Below, one piece after another: positions 50,883 through 57,970 of a stretch of DNA of 57,970 nucleotides. How positions within the stretch are numbered: the first letter of the stretch is position 1; each line of letters begins with the position of its first letter. The notes under the pieces were generated by a model. The model was given only the letters and a program-made list of their open reading frames with translations, was not told where the DNA came from and searched no databases. Origin of the DNA: Promethearchaeota archaeon (GTDB lineage: Archaea; Asgardarchaeota; Lokiarchaeia; Sigyniarchaeales; SOKP01). The DNA is taken from positions 1 through 57,970 of the forward strand of contig JAUVXW010000030.1 in the NCBI GenBank assembly GCA_030603385.1, in the 5' to 3' direction. Both the position numbers and the translations under genes were made by a program.

Positions 50883-51887
50883 ATGTTATATTCTAAATAT
50901 GAAGATTTTTTAACCTTTTTAAAGGGTAAAAAAATCCTTATTACAACTCATGATTTAGTTGATATTGATGGGTTTGTATCTTGTTATGCTTTAAGATTCT
51001 TTTTAATCCAACATTGTAACAAACCGATATCAATCTTTTTCTCAGAACTCTCAAAGCATACAAAAAATTTTATGCTTAGATTTTCAGAAAAATTCCCTGA
51101 ATTTCATTTTAACCATAAAAGTGAAGTAAATTTTTCTGAATTCGACGTATGCATAATAAATGATACAAATGATTTAAGTCAAATACAATTTAATTGTAGT
51201 AAAACCATTAAATTAGAAATTCCTTATATATTTATAGATCACCACCATTTTGGTAAAAATATTTTAAAAAATGGAAATATTTCTTCACTAAATTTAATAA
51301 ATGATAATGTTTCTTCAACTACTGAAATTATTTTAGAGTTGTTTGAATATTATAGCCAAAATTTAACAACCCCCTATAAAAATCTCATAGTTACTGCCAT
51401 TTTAACTGATTCTGGTTTTTTTAAATATGGAAACAATCAAACGATTAAAAAAGTGAGCAATTTATTAGATGAAGAAGTGAATTTTCAACAACTACTATTA
51501 ATGTTAAAAACTGATGTTGATATTTCAGAGAGGATTGCTAAAATAAAAGGGTTACAGAGAGTAAAGTTAATTCGTAAAGGAGATTATTTAATTGGAATTA
51601 GTAATGTTAGTAGTTTTGGAGCCAGTGTTGCATCGATGTTAATAAAAACTGGATTTGACATCAGTATTATTTATTCAAAGGAAAAAGATAAGAATATGAT
51701 TAATAGTAGAGCAAAAAAAAGCATTTGTATGAAAACTGGATTACATCTAGGGAAAATTTTTGAAGAAATATCAGAATATTCTGAAGGAAGTGGTGGAGGA
51801 CATGATGGCGCTGCGGCTTTAACCTTTAAAGCAGATTTCGATACAGTTCTTCTTAAAATTGTTGAAAGAATAAAACATTTTTTATAA
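50883..51887 (+). CDS. DHH/DHHA1 family phosphoesterase
   Basis: THDLVDIDG, IDHH, ILTDSG, GGGHDGAA. Confidence 0.9.
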   Translation: MLYSKYEDFLTFLKGKKILITTHDLVDIDGFVSCYALRFFLIQHCNKPISIFFSELSKHTKNFMLRFSEKFPEFHFNHKSEVNFSEFDVCIINDTNDLSQIQFNCSKTIKLEIPYIFIDHHHFGKNILKNGNISSLNLINDNVSSTTEIILELFEYYSQNLTTPYKNLIVTAILTDSGFFKYGNNQTIKKVSNLLDEEVNFQQLLLMLKTDVDISERIAKIKGLQRVKLIRKGDYLIGISNVSSFGASVASMLIKTGFDISIIYSKEKDKNMINSRAKKSICMKTGLHLGKIFEEISEYSEGSGGGHDGAAALTFKADFDTVLLKIVERIKHFL

Positions 51888-51950
51888 TCTAAATTTTAAA
51901 TCATTAAACATTATTATAATTCAAAGCTGAATTAAGATTTCATATTAAAC

Positions 51951-52796
51951 ATGGATTTAATAAGATTTGAAAAGTTTTATTATCGTTATAAAGGAAATGA
52001 AGAATATGCTCTAAATAACATTAATTTAAGGATAGAAGAAGATAACTTTATTTTGTTATGTGGAGAAACTGGTTCTGGAAAAACAACCTTAATTAGATGC
52101 ATGAATGGTTTAATCCCCCAATTTTATTCTGGTTTTTATAAGGGAAAAGTTTTTGTAAATGAAAAAGATACAATCAATACTCCTATTGCAAAATTATCTA
52201 CTGATGTCGGCATAGTATTTCAAAATCCGGAGAATCAATTAATCGCTATGAATGTAGAACATGAAATAGCATTTGGACTAGAAAATTTAGGTGTTCCTCC
52301 AAAAGAAATCTCAAAAAGGATAAAAGAAAGTACCTCGTTAACCGAAATTGAACATATTTTAGATAAAGCACCATTCGAATTAAGTGGTGGAGAACAACAA
52401 CGAGTTGCTATTGCTTCAATCTTAGTCTTAGAACCCAAAATTCTAATATTGGATGAGCCAACAGCTTTATTAGACCCTTATATGGCAAAAAAAATCATTA
52501 ATTTGATAAAAGAAATTCAAGTTGAAAGAAATCTTACAATTATGATAAGTGAACATCGATTGGACTTAGTACTTCCGTTTGCAGATCAAATGATCTTGAT
52601 GAGGAATGGAGAAGCCATTGAACATGATTCTCGTGATGATGTGCTTAATGGAATAAACTTTCAAAATTTGATGTTAAATAAACCTGTGATTTACACAATA
52701 TTCAAAAGATTAAGAAACGAAAACTTATTTTTTGGAAAAATACCCGCTTCAATTCCGGCTGCAATAGATTCCATGAAAAAATTACAATCAGAATAA
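51951..52796 (+). CDS. ecfA1: ECF transporter ATPase A
   Basis: GETGSGKT, FQNPENQL, LSGGEQQR, LDEPT. Confidence 0.88.
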   Translation: MDLIRFEKFYYRYKGNEEYALNNINLRIEEDNFILLCGETGSGKTTLIRCMNGLIPQFYSGFYKGKVFVNEKDTINTPIAKLSTDVGIVFQNPENQLIAMNVEHEIAFGLENLGVPPKEISKRIKESTSLTEIEHILDKAPFELSGGEQQRVAIASILVLEPKILILDEPTALLDPYMAKKIINLIKEIQVERNLTIMISEHRLDLVLPFADQMILMRNGEAIEHDSRDDVLNGINFQNLMLNKPVIYTIFKRLRNENLFFGKIPASIPAAIDSMKKLQSE

Positions 52797-52798
52797 AG

Positions 52799-53671
52799 GT
52801 GCTTACTATATCGAAAGATTTACCATTAATTATTATTGAAGATGTCGACTATGTTTATCCAAATGGCACTGTAGCCTTGAAAAATATTAATTTAAATGTT
52901 CATAAAGGAGAAATGTTAGGAATAATGGGTAAAAATGGAGCCGGGAAAACAACTCTTATTCGAACCTTGAATGGATTAATTAGACCAACATCAGGTGATA
53001 TTTACATCAACAATGAAAACACTAATTCTAAAAGTATAGCAGAGTTATCAAAAAATATAGGTTTAATTTTTCAAAATCCTTCTCATCAGCTATTTGCTAA
53101 CTCTGTTGAGGATGAAATTAATTTCTCTTTAAAAAATCTTTATCTGAATAAGGAAGAGCTTCAAATAAAAACAAATGAAATCTTAAAAAATTTTAACCTT
53201 GACAAATACCGAGATAGATCTCCTTTAAACTTATCAGGAGGGGAGTCCAAAAAATTAGCTATTGCTTCAATAATTTGCAGAGCTCCAGAAATCTTAGTAT
53301 TCGATGAACCTACTCTAGGTCAAGATGCTAGAGAAATTGAATCTTTCATTAAATTAATCAATACTGAGAAGGAAGAAGGCAAAACCATAATTATTATAAC
53401 TCATAATGTTGAATTTGCTTTTGAATTTATCCCTAGGACAATTTTGATGGAGAGTGGGGAAATTATTGCTGATGGTCCTACACAAAATGTGTTAAATAAT
53501 AACTTTTTAACTGAAAGATCATCATTAATTCTACCTCAAACTCGACAATTATCTTTAGCTCTACAAAAAATAGGATTCCAAGATATCAATAAAGCTGTTT
53601 CAAAAAATGATATTACCGAATATCTAATTAATTTTTTGAGGAATAAAACCACTATTGTTCAGGAGGAGTAA
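52799..53671 (+). CDS. ecfA2: ECF transporter ATPase A'
   Basis: GKNGAGKT, FQNPSHQLF, LSGGE, DEPTLGQD. Confidence 0.88.
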   Translation: MLTISKDLPLIIIEDVDYVYPNGTVALKNINLNVHKGEMLGIMGKNGAGKTTLIRTLNGLIRPTSGDIYINNENTNSKSIAELSKNIGLIFQNPSHQLFANSVEDEINFSLKNLYLNKEELQIKTNEILKNFNLDKYRDRSPLNLSGGESKKLAIASIICRAPEILVFDEPTLGQDAREIESFIKLINTEKEEGKTIIIITHNVEFAFEFIPRTILMESGEIIADGPTQNVLNNNFLTERSSLILPQTRQLSLALQKIGFQDINKAVSKNDITEYLINFLRNKTTIVQEE

Positions 53672-53677
53672 AATTAT

Positions 53678-54445
53678 ATGTCATTAGAATTTCTCAATGC
53701 TTTTAAATTTATGAAAAAAGAATCTTTTCTACATAATTTAGATCCAAGAGCTAAATTAGTACTTGCACTAACATACACTATTAGTGCCTTATTATTCAAT
53801 CAAATTATTCCTTTACTCATTATTTTTTTGAGTTTAATCCCTTTAGTTATTTTTGGCAAAATTTTAAAACAGTGGATTAAAAGTATTCATGGATTATCAT
53901 TCTTAGTTCTCTTTATAATTATATTAAACACGTTATTCATGTCCTTATCTTTTGCTATAGCTATGATATTGAGAATTTGTATCATGGTATCGGCATTTTC
54001 AATCTTCTTTTTAACAGTAGATCCAAACGATTTAGCTCTTTCTTTGATATCTATGAAATTTCCATATGAATTTGCTTTCTCCTTTTCTTTAGCGTTTAGG
54101 TTTGTGCCAACTATTGCTAATGAAGCCCAAAATATCATCGATGCTCAACAAAGTAGAGGATATGAGATGCAAAAAAAAGGATTTATTAATCAAATCAAAA
54201 ACCTCTTTCCTTTATTAATCCCATTAATTATATGTTCAATTAAAAGAGCTTTTAATGTAGCGGAAGCTTTAGAATCAAGAGCCTTTGGAAGTAAAAAAGA
54301 ACGTTCATATTATTATACAATTAAATTTTCATTAAAAGATTGGATTTTTACAATTTATTTGATACTAATTCTTATAATATTTATTTTTGTTAAAATCCAA
54401 TTCAGTGTAATGCCTGATTGGCTTGTTTGGAGACTCCCTGTATGA
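53678..54445 (+). CDS. ecfT: ECF transporter transmembrane component T
   Basis: LDPRAKL, RFVP, AQQSRG, ALESRAF. Confidence 0.9.
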   Translation: MSLEFLNAFKFMKKESFLHNLDPRAKLVLALTYTISALLFNQIIPLLIIFLSLIPLVIFGKILKQWIKSIHGLSFLVLFIIILNTLFMSLSFAIAMILRICIMVSAFSIFFLTVDPNDLALSLISMKFPYEFAFSFSLAFRFVPTIANEAQNIIDAQQSRGYEMQKKGFINQIKNLFPLLIPLIICSIKRAFNVAEALESRAFGSKKERSYYYTIKFSLKDWIFTIYLILILIIFIFVKIQFSVMPDWLVWRLPV

Positions 54446-55131
54446 TTGTAAGAGACTTTTATATTGAAGCAATGAAATTAAGATATTTTGTTGGAATAAA
54501 TCAAATTAAATTTGACTTAAATCAATTTTTAAAAGCTAATGAAATACATGATGAAGAAGAAGCTTTAAATTATGTATTTAATATAATTGAGGAACTCCAA
54601 GATAAAAATAAAGAGTCAACCATACAATTTATTAGCGATAAATATGTTTTAAATCAAGATCATATCTTTATTGCATGTTATTATATGCAAAAAGCTTTTT
54701 TTCATAAAACTCACATTTCAAATAAAAAAAATATTGAATTACTGTTATACTTATCAACAAGCAGGCAAATAAGTAAAGGTTTTGAATCATTTGGCATTGA
54801 TTATTATGATTTAAAGGAAGGAAACATAATAATCTGTATTGTTTCACCAATTGATAACCTAAATAAAATAAACAAGGAGATCTTACAAATATTAGATGTC
54901 AATGAGATAGATTTAACAATAAATATCTTAACAATTGAAAAGATCAATACAATCATTAACAACTATGAATTTTCTGACTTGCAAATCAAATCTGTTTTAA
55001 ACTCTTATGGGAATAAGAAAAATAATATAACAGATTTCAAAAATAATTTAGAATCTTTATCTTTGGTAATATCTGATTTAATTTGCGAGAAAATGGCTCT
55101 TCTGAATCTAGAAAAAACAAAAATGGATTAA
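54418..55131 (+). CDS. cgi121: KEOPS complex subunit Cgi121-like
   Basis: ELLLYLSTSRQISKG..FG and terminal EKMALL; start probably ATG near 54442. Confidence 0.75.
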   Translation: MACLETPCMIVRDFYIEAMKLRYFVGINQIKFDLNQFLKANEIHDEEEALNYVFNIIEELQDKNKESTIQFISDKYVLNQDHIFIACYYMQKAFFHKTHISNKKNIELLLYLSTSRQISKGFESFGIDYYDLKEGNIIICIVSPIDNLNKINKEILQILDVNEIDLTINILTIEKINTIINNYEFSDLQIKSVLNSYGNKKNNITDFKNNLESLSLVISDLICEKMALLNLEKTKMD

Positions 55132-55139
55132 AGTAACTT

Positions 55140-55667
55140 TTATAGATTCCCTATTCTAATAATATCATTTCTTTCTAAAAAAGACACACCACAAAAATTA
55201 CCTAATACCTCAAGTCTAATAACTTTATCTGGATTTTCAAGATCAACCTTATTATTTAGTAGGTTAGCAATTCGTTCAATTACATTATTCCTTTCTATTT
55301 TTTCATGCTTTCTCCTTTTTAATACTATTTTGAAAGAATCTCCCTCTTTTATAAAAGCCTTAGAATGTTCTTGTATTAGATTAACTAATATTTTAGTGTT
55401 AGTTTCACATACAAAATCAATGGGAATAATTTTTAGGATAAATTGAAAAAAATGAGGATTATTTTTCAATATTTGTCGAATTTTTAGAATTACTCTTTTA
55501 GCATCTATGTTGGTTAAAGCAGTAATTAACCCAGGAAACGTTAACCTTGAAATTATTGGATAATTATCACCGCATATTAATAGGGTAAACCACATTTCAG
55601 TAGTGGCGTTCCTCTCATTAAACCTAGATGTTGAGATTAGTAAATTAAAATTTTTCGTGTATACCAC
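55140..55667 (-). CDS. THUMP-domain RNA-binding protein
   Basis: SFKIVLKRR, KVDLENPDKVIRLE. Confidence 0.85.
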   Translation of the reverse strand: MVYTKNFNLLISTSRFNERNATTEMWFTLLICGDNYPIISRLTFPGLITALTNIDAKRVILKIRQILKNNPHFFQFILKIIPIDFVCETNTKILVNLIQEHSKAFIKEGDSFKIVLKRRKHEKIERNNVIERIANLLNNKVDLENPDKVIRLEVLGNFCGVSFLERNDIIRIGNL

Positions 55668-55675
55668 TCTCTTTT

Positions 55676-56332
55676 TTATGATAAAAATTCTAAAATCTCT
55701 TCCTCAGGTATCTTACCAATTCTTAAAAATTTTGGTTCTACTGTTGTACAATCAACAATAGTTGTTGGTAATCGGGATTTAGATTTACCCCCATCAAGGA
55801 TTAAATCAATAGGACTTAATATTTTCTTTGCAACTCCATCTCCGCTAATACAAGGAGGTTCACCTGAATAATTTGCTGAAGTCCCTATTATAGCTCCAAG
55901 ATGTCCCTCTTTTTTCAAGAGCTTCAATATATTCAAGATGATCTCGTTTTCAGGAACTCGTAGGCCAATTGTGTCTTTTAAAGCAGTTACTTCTGGTGGA
56001 ATAATACTCGGTTCATTTTTTTTTAAAATTAATGTTAACTGACCTGGCCAATATTGTTTCACTAATTTTTTGGCCAACTCATTAAATTCCGCGATTTTTA
56101 AAGCCTCTGCAAAATCGGAAACTAACAAAAGAAATCCTTTAGCTTTATCTCTGAATTTAATATCATATAATTTGTTAACCACATTTAGGTTTAAAGGACT
56201 TCCTCCAATCCCATAAACTGAGTTAGTTGGAAAAGCAATAACTTTTCCCTCTATTATATTTTCCACCGCAATTTTTAAATAAACTTCAATATCTTTTAGT
56301 TCCTTTCCTGCCAGTTTTATTAAAAATCCCAT
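55676..56332 (-). CDS. sua5: Threonylcarbamoyl-AMP synthase (YrdC/TsaC-domain Sua5)
   Basis: AFPTNSVYG, IKFR, WPGQLT, GLRVP, TSANYSG. Confidence 0.9.
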   Translation of the reverse strand: MGFLIKLAGKELKDIEVYLKIAVENIIEGKVIAFPTNSVYGIGGSPLNLNVVNKLYDIKFRDKAKGFLLLVSDFAEALKIAEFNELAKKLVKQYWPGQLTLILKKNEPSIIPPEVTALKDTIGLRVPENEIILNILKLLKKEGHLGAIIGTSANYSGEPPCISGDGVAKKILSPIDLILDGGKSKSRLPTTIVDCTTVEPKFLRIGKIPEEEILEFLS

Positions 56333-56444
56333 GAATATAAATTAATTTTTTTTTCTTACTTAACTCAATTGATTATTGATTTATATAAAAATTTTAGAAA
56401 ACTTCTTAAAGTTTTAGAATGAATAAGAAATTATTTGTTATAAA

Positions 56445-56707
56445 AGATTTTATAATATATGCAGCTGTAAAGGAAATACTATTACAGATTATATATAATA
56501 TTAGCATAAGATGTTAACATTTCAGCAGATGTGTTTATTGACAAAAATAGAATTCGCTCAAGTGAAGTGCCATTATTAATTGGTAGAAATAATAAGATCG
56601 TAAAAGATTTAGGATGACGGCCTGTAAAGTCTATAGTGGATATAATTAAAGAAGGCCTTAAATATTTCCCAGATCATCCAGAACAGTTAGGAATTGAAGC
56701 TCATTAA
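56445..56707 (+). pseudogene. Degenerate C-terminal remnant of a GDP-mannose dehydratase-like NDP-sugar enzyme
   Basis: Fragments YNICSCKGNTITD and DKNRIRSSEVPLLIGRNNKIVKDLG*RP in different frames, with stops. Confidence 0.55.
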
Positions 56708-56795
56708 TTTTTTTTTAATAGTAATTTTAAATTCTAGAAATATAAATAAATGGTTAGAGATACTTAATTAACAATTATTTCTTTTAGGTAATAAC

Positions 56796-57419
56796 ATGTC
56801 AGGAGAAAAAAAAAATAATGAATCCAATTTTAAACTAGACTATAAAATCGAAAATGTTGTTGCAACAGTCATTATGGAAATTACCGAAAAGATAGATCTT
56901 ATCAAAATCTCCCGTAAGTATGATGATGTAGAGTACAATCCCGAAAGGTTTCCAGGTCTTATTATGAGAATCAATGAACCAAAAGCAACATTTCTTATCT
57001 TCACTACAGGAAAAATGGTTATCACAGGACTTAGAAGAGCAGATGACGCAAGTCTTGCAGTAAAGAAAGTAGTTAAATCTCTTAAAAAGGGCGGAATTAA
57101 TGTATCTAATCCAGAAATAACGATTCAGAATATTGTCGCAAGTGGAGATTTACACACATATATAGATTTAAATATGGCTGCGATTGTAATGGAAAATGTT
57201 ATGTATGAGCCAGAAGTATTTCCAGGTTTAATTTACCGTATGGGAGATCCCAAAACTGTTTTCTTAATTTTTTCTACGGGAAAAGTAGTTTGTACAGGAG
57301 CAAAGAATAAAAAAATTGTAAGAGATGCCTTTTTAAAATTAAATCACCATGTACGGGAACTGGGCGTTACTAAAAAAATTAAGGCTAACATCGATAATCA
57401 AGACATAACTTTTATTTAA
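56796..57419 (+). CDS. tbp: TATA-box binding protein
   Basis: IENVVAT, YNPERFPGL, IQNIVAS, YEPEVFPGL. Confidence 0.96.
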   Translation: MSGEKKNNESNFKLDYKIENVVATVIMEITEKIDLIKISRKYDDVEYNPERFPGLIMRINEPKATFLIFTTGKMVITGLRRADDASLAVKKVVKSLKKGGINVSNPEITIQNIVASGDLHTYIDLNMAAIVMENVMYEPEVFPGLIYRMGDPKTVFLIFSTGKVVCTGAKNKKIVRDAFLKLNHHVRELGVTKKIKANIDNQDITFI

Positions 57420-57521
57420 ATCTTTTTAGGCAATTATAGATTTAATTTGAGTAAAAATATATGCTTAAATATACTTGTAAAGTATTAATTAAAACATGAT
57501 GAATAGGTTAAAAATAGTTCT

Positions 57522-57970
57522 ATGACAAAAATTATCTTTATGTCTGGTTTTCCACCGATGATACATGGGATAGGATCTTATACCAAGTATTTAGTCGATG
57601 CCATGTGTGAAAAGGATTGTGATTGTGGAATAATAAGTTTTGATCCTAATACTTGTGAATTTCCCATAATGAAGGAGAAAAAAGTAGAATGTGACTATCC
57701 AGTCCTTTATACCATCCCTAGTTGTTATGATTATAATTTCAATCTGATTATTGACAGTTTAACTAATTTATATAGAAATGAGGATAATTATGTTTTATGG
57801 ATACAACAAGGTGATAGTTTTTGGAAAAATCGTCTACAATTTGTTAAGATGTTGAAATTTTTCAAGAAAAAGAAAGTTAAAAACATAATTGTTACACATC
57901 ACACTCTTAATTTTCAGAGCCCTGAAACCAGATATGGTCTTAAAAAATGGCAATATGAATTACTTAAAAA
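57522..57970 (+). CDS. Glycosyltransferase family 4-like protein (3' partial)
   Basis: MTKIIFMSGFPPMIHGIGSYTKYLVDA N-terminus; runs off the window. Confidence 0.65.
   Translation, partial: MTKIIFMSGFPPMIHGIGSYTKYLVDAMCEKDCDCGIISFDPNTCEFPIMKEKKVECDYPVLYTIPSCYDYNFNLIIDSLTNLYRNEDNYVLWIQQGDSFWKNRLQFVKMLKFFKKKKVKNIIVTHHTLNFQSPETRYGLKKWQYELLK

Noticed and set aside
56400-56710. Possible ncRNA (RNase P or SRP) upstream of tbp
   Set aside because: AT-rich with no GC-rich stems; better explained as a decayed coding fragment.
1663-57025. Numerous 60-130 aa ORFs overlapping or antisense to confident genes (e.g. 3534..3923, 15242..15601, 42624..42953)
   Set aside because: Shadow frames of well-supported CDSs.
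1-57970. CRISPR arrays, transposases, integrases, rRNA genes
   Set aside because: No regularly spaced repeats, mobile-element ORFs or rRNA-like sequence seen, including next to the tRNAs.

Overview
AT-rich archaeal chromosomal window, most likely an Asgard archaeon of the Lokiarchaeia type. This placement is inferred from gene content (GatDE, archaeal MAT, fibrillarin/Nop5, TBP/TFB, exosome-proteasome superoperon, a profilin-like gene, a LITAF-like gene). Most of the window is housekeeping genes: hypB, mat, rnhB, flpA, nop5, pyrD/pyrK, elp3, gatE/gatD, rpl2, tfb, four tRNAs, psmA-sdo1-rrp4-rrp41-rrp42-rpl37ae-pcc1-pfdB, ECF transporter, cgi121, THUMP, sua5 and tbp. The main discovery is that two conserved genes that look broken in the ORF track are interrupted by three tiny (29-32 nt) insertions: one in RNase HII and two in proteasome alpha. 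Each folds into a tRNA-type bulge-helix-bulge (BHB) motif. Cutting at the canonical endonuclease positions restores the conserved protein motif exactly. This points to BHB introns in protein-coding mRNAs, presumably removed by the tRNA splicing machinery; a tRNA-Ser with the same kind of intron is in the window. Other notable items: an uncharacterised operon with an AAA+ ATPase, a degenerate SMC-like protein and a KITE-like protein; tandem RHH-HisKA-REC regulators with a shared upstream palindrome and probable ATT starts; AN1 zinc fingers fused to intramembrane (pseudo)proteases; and several pseudogenes. All calls come from manual reading; no database searches or folding programs were run.
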